DNA of 64,000 nucleotides from the human T2T-CHM13v2.0 reference genome, Homo sapiens: assembly GCF_009914755.1 (NCBI RefSeq), contig NC_060930.1; one strand, 5' to 3'. Of the stretch, positions 16,990-28,803 are shown piece after piece (position 1 is the stretch's first letter; each line of letters starts with the position of its first letter). Under the pieces are notes generated by a model. It saw only the letters and a program-made list of their open reading frames with translations. It had not been told where the DNA came from and did no database searches. A program made the translations under genes and the position numbers.

Positions 16990-17520
16990 AGCCAGAAATC
17001 TTTATAAAATACAAATCAAATGTCATTCCATTGGCTTCCCATTTCTAATGGAATAAAATATAAACCTGATACAATGGCCTACACAATCCATTTACTTTCT
17101 GCCTTCAAATGCCTCCACTCTCTGTCCTCGCTGCTCTCCCCACTCACTGCTCCCTCCCCTAAATGTACTGCCACTTTCTCTGTGTTCTAGAATACAGCCT
17201 ACTCAGGACCTTGGCGCCATCTTTTCCACTGCCTGAAACCCTTCCTCCTCTCCATTTTCAGCTCCTCTGAAGGCCTTCTTACCAACAACTTAATGCAATG
17301 CCCCAAGCTCATTTCAATCTCTATTCCTAAGATGATTTTCATGGCTTTTTATCATTTGTTGAAATTATTAGTATCTTCCTTTATTTCAGTCTTCTTCATT
17401 CAAGTATCAACTTAAAAGCAGAACACTTGTCTGCTTGTTAACCACTTTTCAGCAGTACCTAGAAATAGTACCAGGTACAGAGCAGATACAGGAATATTTA
17501 TCAAAAATAAATAAATGAGT
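16990..17520 (+). mobile_element. L2 3' fragment
   Basis: Degenerate L2 3' end terminating in cagtacctagaaatagtaccaggtacagagcag...aataaatgagtga. Confidence 0.55.
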
Positions 17521-17689
17521 GAGAAGTCTAAGAATTAAGGATTTCTAAAAGATAAAGCCTACAAACCTAAGCTATATATGGTAAATGCTATTCCATACCA
17601 TAGCAAATTAGAAACATTACAGGATTGTATGTTATACATATGAACACTGTGATCTGGAAATCTCTGCCTTGTACAAATAGCTCTAGAAT

Positions 17690-17921
17690 ATATTCATTCA
17701 TTTATTAAACAAATATTTATTGCACATCCACTGTGTCAGATATTATTCTAGGCAGCAGAGACTCCAGCAGTAAACAGAACACTCTACACTGAGGAAGTTT
17801 ATTCTGTAGACAAGGGACACAGACGAGAAACAAATACATGTGCCAGGTGATGAAAAGTGCTATAGGAAAAAACACAGCAGTGTAAGAGAGTGGAAGGGAT
17901 GGGAGCCTCAGTAGAAGATGA
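17690..17921 (-). mobile_element. L2 3' end (reverse) that runs directly into the VNTR
   Basis: attcattcatttattaaacaaatatttattg...gtgccaggtgatgaaaagtgctataggaaaaa is the typical reverse-complement L2 tail. Confidence 0.75.
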
Positions 17922-20009
17922 CATGTTAGCAGAGAGGCGAAGGATGAAGACAGAACACCACATGCACATCCGAGATGAAACAATCTAGGCAGTGAGGGCA
18001 GCATGTTAGCAGAGAGGTGAAGGATGAAGACAGAACACCACATGGACATCCGAGATGTAACCATCCAGGCAGTGAGGGCAGCATGTTAGCAGAGAGGTGA
18101 AGGATGAAGAGAGAGCACCACATGGACATCCGAGATGTAACCAACTAGGCAGTGAGGGCATCATGTTAGCAGAGAGGTGAAGGATGAAGAGAGAGCACCA
18201 CATGGACATCCGAGATGTAACCATCTAGGCAGTGAGGGCAGCATGTTAGCAGAGAGGCGAAGGATGAAGACAGAACACCACATGCACATCCGAGATGAAA
18301 CCATCTAGGCAGTGAGGGCAGCATGTTAGCAGAGAGGTGAAGGATGAAGAGAGAGCACCACATGGACATCCGAGATGTAACCATCTAGGCAGTGAGGGCA
18401 GCATGTTAGCAGAGAGGTGAAGGATGAAGACAGAGCACCAAATGGGCATCCGAGATGTAACCATCTAGGCAGTGAGGGCAGCATGTTAGCAGAGAGGTGA
18501 AGGATGAAGAGAGAGCACCAAATGGGCATCCGAAATGTAACCATCTAGGCAGTGAGGGCAGCATGTTAGCAGAGAGATGAAGGATGAAGACAGAGCACCA
18601 CATGGGCATCCGAGATGAACCAATCTAGGCAGTGAGGGCAGCATGTTAGCAGAGACGTGAAGGATGAAGACAGAGCACCACATGGGCATCCGAGATGAAA
18701 CCATCTAGGCAGTGAGGGCAGCATGTTAGCAGAGGGGTGAAAGATGAAGAGAGAGCACCACATGAGCATCCGAGATGAAACCATCTAGGCAGTGAGGGCA
18801 GCATGTTAGCAGAGAGGTGAAGGATGAAGAGAGAGCACCACATGGACATCCGAGATGTAACAACCATCTAGGCAGTGAGGGCAGCATGTTAGCAGAGAGG
18901 TGAAGGATGAAGACAGAACACCACATGCGCATCCGAGATGAAACCATCTAGGCAGTGAGGGCAGCATGTTAGCAGAGAGGTGAAGGATGAAGAGAGAGCA
19001 CCACATGCACATCTGAGATGAAACCATCTAGGCAGTGAGGGCAGCATGTTAGCAGAGAGGTGAAGGATGAAGAGAGAGCACCACATGCACATCTGAGATG
19101 AAACCATCTAGGCAGTGAGGGCAGCATGTTAGCAGAGAGGTGAAGGATGAAGAGAGAGCACCACATGGGCATCCGAGATGAAACCATCTAGGCAGTGAGG
19201 GCAGCATGTTAGCAGAGAGGTGAAGGATGAAGACAGAACACCACATGGACATCCGAGATGAAACCATCTAGGCAGTGAGGGCAGCATGTTAGCAGAGAGG
19301 TGAAGGATGAAGAGAGAGCACCACATGGGCATCCGAGATGAAACCATCTAGGCAGTGAGGGCAGCATGTTAGCAGAGAGGTGAAGGATGAAGACAGAGCA
19401 CCACATGGGCATCCGAGATGTAACCATCTAGGCAGTGAGGACAGCATGTTAGCAGAGAGGCGAAGGATGAAGAGAGAGCACCACATGGGCATCCGAGATG
19501 AAACCATCTAGGCAGTGAGGGCAGCATGTTAGCAGGGAGGTGAAGGATGAAGAGAGAGCACCACATGGACATCCGAGATGAAACCATCTAGGCAGTGAGG
19601 GCAGCATGTTAGCAGAGAGGTGAAGGATGAAGAGAGAGCACCACATGGGCATCCGAGATGAAACCATCTAGGCAGTGAGGGCAGCGCGTTAGCAGAGAGG
19701 TGAAGGATGAAGAGAGAGCACCACATGCACATCCGAGATGTAACCATCTAGGCAGTGAGGGCAGCATGTTAGCAGAGAGGTGAAGGATGAAGAGAGAGCA
19801 CCACATGGACATCCGAGATGTAACCATCTAGGCAGTGAGGGCAGCATGTTAGCAGAGAGGTGAAGGATGAAGAGAGAGCACCACATGGACATCCGAGATG
19901 AAACCATCTAGGCAGTGAGGGCAGCATGTTAGCAGAGAGGCGAAGGATGAAGACAGAACACCACATGCACATCCGAGATGAAACCATCTAGGCAGTGAGG
20001 GCAGCATGT
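17922..20009. repeat. 80-bp minisatellite (VNTR), 26 complete copies
   Basis: Unit catgttagcagagaggtgaaggatgaagagagagcaccacatggacatccgagatgaaaccatctaggcagtgagggcag. One unit (~18860) has a 3-bp insertion. 26x80+3 bp plus a terminal catgt. Confidence 0.98.
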
Positions 20010-22145
20010 CCTCACTGCACAGTCGAGTAAGCACAGTCGAGTAAGACTGCTGCCAATTTCTTTCTTTTTTTTTTTTTTTACAGATACAATCTTCTCTGAC
20101 ATTGATATGCTTACATGTCTGGTTTCAACTCAAATGCTTATTTGACAACCTCTTAATTCTCTCCGTGCCTCAGTTGCAGAGGAGGGGACAGGCTGATGGA
20201 AGAGAATGGAGTTAATTGATGGAAACTGAGTAAGGTGGGAACAGTCACGGTAGCTCATAGGCTCAGAGACTGGCCTCGTGGCCTATGTCCTGGCAAGGGA
20301 AGGGAGCTACTGCATGAAAGAGCTATTGAATCTGACATGATGCCACGTCTGTTGTGGTTTACCTGGATAGAATGGGCTGTTTCTGCCTTGAAATGCCTCC
20401 TGCTGCAATAAAGATAAGCTATGACCCTGGTTCTGGACCACAGTGGAGAGAGGGGATGGAGCAGAGACGGAAACAAAGAAGGTTCCAGATTGTGAGCTTG
20501 GTCCTAAAGAAGCAGTCATGGCATCTTACACTTGACAGGGTCTGCAGAAAGTCACCCTGAATCAAGCAATAAAGGCGCCTGGGTCTGGGCTGTGCACCCC
20601 CTTTGGCCAGAAGTATCCTGCCACATTTTCATTTGCAAGGTTTCTAAGAACCGTTCTTGGTGTGTCTTGAATGGCTCATACTTGTTAACTTTACAGGAAT
20701 GTGTGTTCATAGGAAGCCTGTTAATCAAATTGCCAACATAAATTACTTTTCCTCATTTTTGAAGGCTTGTCCAATTAATAAAAGGCCGATGCTTATGTAC
20801 TGGAGTTACTTTAGGCCACTGGGGGGTTGGGGGGTAGTTAACGTTTATTGATTCAATGTAGTTTTTCCTGTCACTTTGAGGACATTTATTCAATTTTGAA
20901 ATGAAAAATGATGGTAAAATTGGAAAAAAAATATGTAAGAAACTTATGAAAAACAATTCTCCAATTTAAAAATAATACGGCCTTCCCTGTCGGGCTTTGC
21001 TGCCAGCTGTTATTTAAACTTGTATGCTCCTGCCTAGTGAGAGTCAGCAGCTGAGAGTCTTGTATTAGCAGGAAACCAGGGCATTTATGATGGAGTTCCT
21101 GTTATTGACTTATTCTTAGACAAAATGCCAAGTTTCTTTGGACAGTACAGTAGGCCCACTGTGGAAGCACAGTGTGAATACTGGTGTGACATTTAGGCTA
21201 TGATTTTTTTTTTATGTGTCCAGATTTTTTAAATAACTTTTAAAACAATGTTTTCTGTAATGATTTGGAGACAGTGGTTAACGCTACGAAAAAAAAATGT
21301 GTTTTTAAAATAGAATCTAACTGGTATACCAAAGAAATATAAGTAGTTTACGCTGATTCCAATAACTCTACCAGGTTTTCTTCACAGGTGGGTACATTTT
21401 AGTAGAAAACCTTGCTGTAGGCTGGGAGGAAGGCAGGTGAAACATCATCGCAATAGCACAGGGAATGAAAACTGTAAATGATCACACGATTTCACATGGA
21501 AAAAGGCATTTTGTAAGACTAAAGATTATTGTAGACCAACATACATCAGCATTTAACGTTTTCCTTAATTGAGGGTGGGAGGGTGTGATTTCCCTTGAAG
21601 CTAAGCAGAGGTATCTCTGGAAAACCTGACTTTACAAATTTTCTTAATTTGGGTGACTAACATTCTTAGGGAAACTTATTTCAGGAAACTACAAAACTAG
21701 CATCCTAGTTGTCTTTATTTTGATAGGGTTAGGGATAGGGTTAAGATTCACACCATTTTCTCTACATGCCAAGTATACATCATCAATCACCACAGCTGTG
21801 GGCTGGTCTGTGATCGGGTCATTTTCCCGGCCCTCTTTATGTTTGCCTTTCCACAGGTAGAGTTAATTTTTTTACCAAGAAGTGCTCCTGCCCACTTTGT
21901 CATCTCCCTTCTTCCCCCAAATCTTGTCCAATGCTCTCTCATCCCTCTACTACTGTAATGCAACAATTAAATAGCAATGATTCCATTTACTATCTTCCTG
22001 CATACATCCCTTATGTGTAAAGGATACCCTTTCACTCATTCAACTAATATTTACCAAATATTGCTCATGTGCCAAATGCTGCTTTAGGCATGTAGGGACA
22101 GTGTTATGATACGAAGTCCCTGCATTTACAAGCTCACCTTCCAGA

Positions 22146-22347
22146 GCTGTGCTATTCAATACAGTAGCTACTAACCACAAGTGGCTACTTAAATCAATTA
22201 AAATGAAATAAAATTAGAAATTCAGTTGTGCAATTGCATCAGTCATATTTCAAGTGCTCAATAACTACACGTGGCTAGAGGCTGTTATTTCAGATGGTGC
22301 AGAACGGAGCATTCCCATCATTGCAGAAAATTTTATTGGCCAGCACT
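22146..22347. mobile_element. MER3-like hAT-Charlie MITE
   Basis: gtgctattcaatacagtagctactaaccacaagtggcta...tcaagtgctcaataactacacgtggctag...ttattggccagcac. Confidence 0.75.
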
Positions 22348-22669
22348 TCCCTAGTGGACAGGTTACCTTTATCACTGATGGTTTTGACCAGTTTACAAGA
22401 CCAAGGATCATCATATAATGTCCCTTTCGCCTACTGGTAAAAGGTGGCAAACTATTTAGCTCCACAACTTGACCACAGCACTCTTTTTTAAGCCCATGCT
22501 TGTGTTAGGGGCCATTTTTCTGTTATCTCCTACATAATTACCATAATGCTAAAATTTATGAATACCATTTGTTTCTGTAACAAAAGTCAATCTATACTAT
22601 GTGTGGTTTGATGAAGAACTTTTTCTAATATTGAATTTTTTTTACGTCTAAAGTTTTACAAAGAAAAAT

Positions 22670-22900
22670 AATTATGACATTTATTGAGCATTTGCTGTCG
22701 CTGGATATTGTCCTAAACCCTTTAACAGAGTTTTTCTCACTTAATTCTCTCAGCAATCCCAAAGGTGGATGTTAATAACACCATTTTACAAATGAAAATT
22801 TTGAAGATACAGCATAACTTGGTTAAAGCCAAGTTATCAGTGGATAGTTGCAAAGCTGAAGCAATCAACCCAGAGCTGTATGTTCTTTGCTTTTAAATGC
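22670..22900 (-). mobile_element. MIR
   Basis: Contains the MIR core ccattttacaaatgaaaatttt..., preceded by acatttattgagcattt. Confidence 0.6.
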
Positions 22901-23605
22901 TACTATTCCCCATCCTCTACCTAAGTTCACCATTAGTTGCATATAAAACTCCCCCATTGAAAAGTTCATCTCCTTAAGTTCAATCCTGTAGCAAATCCCA
23001 CACATCCTGCCGCCTTCTTACCATGTCCTCTAATCCAAAGCACACTGTCCTTGTGTCCAGACTATTCTAACAGCCTCCTAACTGGTCTCCCTTCTTCCAG
23101 CGTGGCCCTCTGGAGTAGCTTCTATAAAGCTGCCAGAATGAGGATTACATCACAAATCAGATCCTAATTCTTTTCTATTTAATAGCTCCCATTTGTTTCC
23201 GATTCCAATTAGAATGACATCCAAATGCCTACATTCTTACAAGTCCTGCACAATGCAGCCCTTGCGATATGCAGAGATGTTACCAAAGAAGTTCTTATGC
23301 TGGAGCCACTGCATCTCTGCTTCCATCTCTTCCATCTACCCCCACAGATTGCTACAAGTTGGACTCTTTTTCACTCTTCAGTCCAAGCCTTCAGGGTGTG
23401 TGTGTGTGGGGGGAGGGGGGTGTTGTAGGCTTTTGTGTGTAAGTGTGACAGAGAGGTTTTTGATAATGATATCAATTTCTTTAATAGATATGCTACCACA
23501 CGTGTGTTCTGTTTCATGATAAGTCAGTTTAGGCTGGTTGTCCTTTTTCAAGCAACTTGTCCATTTTTCACTGTAACAGTTTGGTGGCAGTATAAAAGCA
23601 CAGAC

Positions 23606-23900
<295 letters not shown>

Positions 23901-24265
23901 GCCCGGACATCCAACTCTGAAATGAGTTTTCCCATTCAAGCAAAGTGTTGTTATCTTTAATATCGGATGCTTCTGGGTTCTCAACCCAAGTGGAGTGTGG
24001 TCAGACTCCAGGGGTGCCTCTGGGAGGCTCTAGGAGGCACTGAAGACCTATGCCCACTCCTTCATAGGTCTACTTGTCTCTTGCATGAATTCATGCATCT
24101 TTTGATGTATTCATTTGTCCATTCAGTAGTAAATAAGAGGAAACAAGTTGAACAGAGTCCAAGTGGTTATTTTCATCAACTTTGTCAAACTCAACCATCA
24201 CTGTCACCTGACCAACCTCATATTCATATACCACTTTGAGTATCAAGATGCAGAAGACCATATAG

Positions 24266-24432
24266 CAGTGGTTCTTAAACTTTAGGCTGCATCCAAGTCA
24301 CTCATTCAGACTGCTGGGCCCCACCCCTCAGAGCTCTGGCTTGGTAGGTCAAAATGTGGGCCTAAGATTCCAAACAAATTCCCAGATTGATGCCGGTATT
24401 GCTGATCTGAGGAAACACTATGGGAACCACTG
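24266..24432. mobile_element. MER5A-like MITE
   Basis: TIRs cagtggttct...gaaccactg with internal tgctgggccccaccc. Confidence 0.75.
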
Positions 24433-24679
24433 CTTTAAAGTATTTCCAGGTATATTTGTTTAGGAACAGTACAGATGATATTCCTTAGTCTGAGGATGTC
24501 CTTACCTGTTATCTGAAATTACTCCAGCAGTCCATCAGAGCCATGAAGGGAGAATAAGCACAGGGGTGAACTACTGAAAACCACACTCCCAGAAGTCTTA
24601 GTGGTGGTATTCACAGCCATGCCATGAGGTCAGAGAAAACATAAGTTTTACTTATAAGGTCATGAAAACATAAGCTTTA

Positions 24680-25140
24680 CTCTATTAGGATTAGGTGAAG
24701 CTGCACATAAGTTAGAATCCAACACACATCATGTAAAAGAAGTCTGATGGTAGCCAGTCAAGAACTGCTGATTACGGGGTCAACAATAATCAATGACCTA
24801 GGTAGCCTCCTTCTATATCTGGCTTCTACCCTCAAGTTTATGTCACCAATGAAAACTGCTGCTGGAGCTCCAGACATCACATCCATGTACCAAGAAACAG
24901 AAAAGCAGAAGGTAAAGGCACAGGGGACATGTCTCCCAACTCTCAACTTCCTTTAAGCAGGCTTTCCAGAAGTTCCACAAAGCACTGTCACTTATGTTCA
25001 TTGGCCAGAATTGAATCACAGTCACATTTACTGCTAAGGAAGCTGGAAAATGTCATCATTTAATTAAGCTCAGTGTTCACCCCAAATAATATAGGGATTG
25101 TATTTTTAAGGAGGAAGTGAAGACTAACTGGTTGTCCATG
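24680..25140 (-). mobile_element. Old MaLR (MLT1-type) LTR remnant
   Basis: gctgctggagctccagacatcacatcc...cattggccagaattgaatcaca...aaggaagctggaaaatgt matches old MLT1 reverse consensus. Confidence 0.55.
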
Positions 25141-25661
25141 CCACAATGACAACAAACTACTGAGCTTATAACATTAGAGTTTAGAATTGTAATCAAACTT
25201 ACAAAATCTGTATTGGATTCAAATTGCCCATTAACTTGTCTGCATTGTTCCTAGGACGGTTTTGTTCCTAGCACCTAGCAGATGCTCAGTAAATATTTGT
25301 TGAAGGAATGAATACTACCCCTAAGAGCAATTCGCCTATTGTTACGTAAAAATAAAAGTGATTCTCATTTTAGATCACCCCTTCCCCTCTGGAAATTACA
25401 GTCCTGCCCATTTGAAGTTTCTGCAGGGAAGACTGTAAGGTTAACATGGCCACAGGCAATTTTCTTAATAACTAAGGGACACAGTAAATTCCTCTCAACA
25501 GGAAAATATTGAGAAGATTTCTCTAAAACAGGATCTTGAGAACCAAGAAATTAAGCATATATATGTTTGCCAAGTTAGTAGCTTTTTCCAGGCATATGAA
25601 AAACCCAGTCAGGAAAGATGAGGTGGAAAAGGCAGACAGGTATTCCCTTCCCAGATTAGAA

Positions 25662-25887
25662 AAGTTTTACTTATAAGGTCATGAAAACATAAGCTTTACT
25701 CTGTTAGGATTAGGTGAAGCTGCGCATAAGTTAGAACCCAACACACATCATGTAAGAGAAGTCTGATGGTAGCCAGTCAAGAACTGCTGATTACGGGGTC
25801 AACGATAATCAATGACCTAGGTAGCCTCCTTCTATATCTGGCTTCTACCCTCAAGTTTACGCCATCACCCAAAACTGCTGCTGGAGC
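25662..25887 (+). repeat. 226-bp direct copy of 24643-24868
   Basis: Ungapped alignment with about 11 mismatches. Flanked by agattagaaaag at 25653-25664 and 25893-25904. Confidence 0.95.
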
Positions 25888-27174
25888 AGTTTAGATTAGA
25901 AAAGATTTATCCATCATTTTCAGGAGACTTGTTCTGTTACCAGCTGCATCACAGCTGAACAGTGCAGTTAGCTTATCTACATTCAATATTCCGTTTTACA
26001 GATGACACAATTGTCACAAAGAAAGGCTAAGCAACTCACCTAAGGATAAATATCAAATCATAGCAAAGCTAAAAACAGAAGCTACTATTTCTGATCGCCA
26101 GTCCATACTTTTTACAGTCACAGGAAAATTGTAGAGTATTATATACAAGCTGTACAGACAATTTTCCCACAGCTTGCAGGGCCACAAAGAGGTGGTACTG
26201 ATGGAGGCCCACATATCTTAGATGCTTCTAAGAAACTGTCTGCATAATTATTCAAAACACTTTCCCATAGATTTATGGCAGCCCAAACTGTGGAAGAGCT
26301 CAATGTAGCTGAAATACCCGAAGGAAAGTAAAAGCACTTTAGAAAATAGCTTGCCCAAGATGTGGTAATTTGAGAAGCCATAATTTTAGAAAGAGCATGT
26401 TTTACTATTTTCTTCAAGTTAAACACATTTTGCTAAACGATTATCACTAACTGAATTCTAAGGCCGGTACAGTGGGCTACATTAAAAAAAAAAAAAAAAC
26501 TATTAGGCAATCTAATGTTCTCATCAGTAGCACAGGTAACAACTACGTGTCTGACCCAAGCTGTCCTGTCCAAGCATAAGAGCAAGAATATTACCAAACT
26601 TAATTCTCAAGCTCAGTTTTAGAAACCTCTTCCATCACTTCAAGAAAACTGTTTTGGATCCCCACCTCCTTCATGTTAACAGCACATGGTTAAGTGTTCA
26701 GCAGGGCATTGCAAAATAAAAAAAGAAATCAAGATTTATTAGATAAGCCCATGACTCCATAATCAGACTTCTTATAACATCTTTTGAGATTACTTCCTAA
26801 CTATTCTGGTGTTAAAATATCCTTTATTTTAAATGATGGGAACCCAAAATACACTTGGTTGAAAAAATAAGAGCACTGGTTGCCCCACAGTGAACCTGAA
26901 ATTAGTACATACTGTGGGGGTAGAGGCTACTAGTTAAGGAAATAAAAAAGTCTGGGCCACTGAACACAATGTACTCTGCAGATCTGATGTTTTAAGCAGC
27001 CTCAGCTCAATGGCAAATGCCAGAACTGGCTGACTAGCTCACCTTCCCCCTGCAGGGGGAGTAGTCCCGCACAATAGGCAGGTGTTAGCCAAGATGCCTT
27101 GACCACAGTGGGTACTCACACACCTGCTGTCAGTTTTCAAGTGCCAAGTCAAACCTTGCATGTAATGTATCTCT

Positions 27175-27183
27175 AATACACAT

Positions 27184-27238
<55 letters not shown>

Positions 27239-27258
27239 CTCTCTCTCTCTCTCTCTCT
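27175..27258. repeat. Compound microsatellite (TACA-type)/(CA)n/(TC)n
   Basis: Directly visible dinucleotide runs. Confidence 0.95.
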
Positions 27259-27809
27259 GGACTGAATTCTAGAAAACTTCTGCTTATTTTACCTATGTTT
27301 AGCATTATCAAACGTGCATTTATAAAACCTCTAGAAGCCAGTAAGTGGCCCTAAAAAAGGACACGTAAGAAAAAATAATTTTAAAATTGGGAGGAAAATC
27401 TATCTTCGGGGTTCTAATACGATTTACCACAATGTTTAATGCTAGGCTTAAGACAGATTCTTAAGCTGTTTCAGATAAACCAAGAGGCTAACAGAGCCCA
27501 GCTCACACTACCATGGCTGCCAGGCACAGGAAGATAGAACACACACTCCTTACCCAAAGGACCCAAAACCTAGCGTGAAATGATCCGTAAACAAGACAGC
27601 CTTAACATATAGAAAGGTGATATATTCTGTTGTATGTAATTAGTGAAAAAGATAATCACTATTCTACACTAGAGAAAACAAAGCTTCATATAAATAAATT
27701 TTCTAGCTACTGAAAGTAACCAATTTAGCTCCTGAGTGCCTTTATTATAATCAACAAATTTGTACAGAATATTTCAAAAATCTATTTCCTACTTTCCACA
27801 GATTGCATT

Positions 27810-28015
27810 TTAAGGATGCAAGCTCTGAAACCAGAGTGCCCAGTTAGCATCCCAGGTCCACCACACAAGGCAGGCCAAGTTCATCTCCATAAGCCTCAGT
27901 TTCTGCACCTACCTTAGCACACTGTTAAAAGGATTAAATGGCATAATGCACATAAAATACTTAGAACACTTAGCCTGGCAAATAGTAAGTGCTCAATATA
28001 TTTTACCTATTATTA
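27810..28015 (+). mobile_element. MIR
   Basis: gcctcagtttc...aggattaaatggcataatgcacataaaatacttag...cctggcaaatagtaagtgctcaata. Confidence 0.75.
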
Positions 28016-28175
28016 AGAAAACCTGTAGTGGTCAGGGTTTGTTAACTACCAAGTTATCTAACAAAATCCCCAATGTGCTTACCCATCCTTTCCTGGTGTA
28101 ACGCAGCCCCAGGAGTGCCTCGAGAATGGATGGGCTAAGACATGAGTATGGGGTTCATTTCAGACCAATGAGACA

Positions 28176-28283
28176 GGAAAGGAAATCAGCTAGGGGCTTC
28201 CAGGAAAGGTCTGCTTACTCCCAAGGTGGGAAAGGAAATCAGCTAGGGGCTCCCAGGAAAGGTCTGCTTACTCCCAAGGTGGG
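28176..28283. repeat. 53-bp tandem duplication (2 copies)
   Basis: ggaaaggaaatcagctaggggctYccaggaaaggtctgcttactcccaaggtg twice, one mismatch. Confidence 0.95.
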
Positions 28284-28426
28284 GTAAGAGACAGACAGAG
28301 GTGGGCCATGGGCAGTGGTGTCTCCTCCTGAACCCGCATCTCTGGGCACGGCACCTGGAGGGTCTACACCCACCCTCTGCCCTATCACACCACATGTAGT
28401 TCATCCCTTTCACGGCACTTAGTGAC

Positions 28427-28803
28427 TAACATGGTTTGGCTCTGTGTCCCCATCCAAATCTCATGTTGAATTGTAATTCCCAGCACTGAGGGAGGGACCT
28501 GGTGGGAGATAATTGGATCATGGGGGCGGATGTCCCCCTTTCTGTTCTCGTGATAATGAGTTATCATGAGATCTGATGGTTTAAAAGTGTGTGGCACTTC
28601 TCCCTTCACTGTTTCTTCTGATGCCATGTGAAGATGTGCTTGCTTCTCCTTCGCCCTTCCACCATGATTGCAAGTTTCCTGCAGCCTCCCAGGCATACTC
28701 CCTGTACAGCCTGCATAACTGTGAGTCAATTAAACCTCTTTTTCTTCATAAATTACCCAGTCTCAGGTAGCTCTTTATAGCAGTGTGAGAACGGACTAAC
28801 ACA
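28427..28803 (+). mobile_element. MaLR solo LTR (THE1D/MSTA-type)
   Basis: atggtttggctctgtgtcccc...atagcagtgtgagaacggactaacaca. 5-bp TSD gtgac/gtgat. 377 bp. Confidence 0.88.

Noticed and set aside
17717-20034. Series of 72-aa minus-strand ORFs resembling a tandem gene family or a CRISPR-like array
   Set aside because: These are an arithmetic artefact of an 80-bp period with one stop per three-unit frame cycle. There are no unique spacers and no cas genes, and the DNA is eukaryotic intron.
20056-20090. Strong-looking acceptor (poly-T...acag) beside the VNTR
   Set aside because: It is on the strand antisense to GMDS, and I could not identify a matching upstream donor or transcript.
21722-21745. 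gatagggttagggatagggttaag resembling an interstitial telomeric repeat
   Set aside because: It has only one true TTAGGG and is explained by a short 11-bp duplication.
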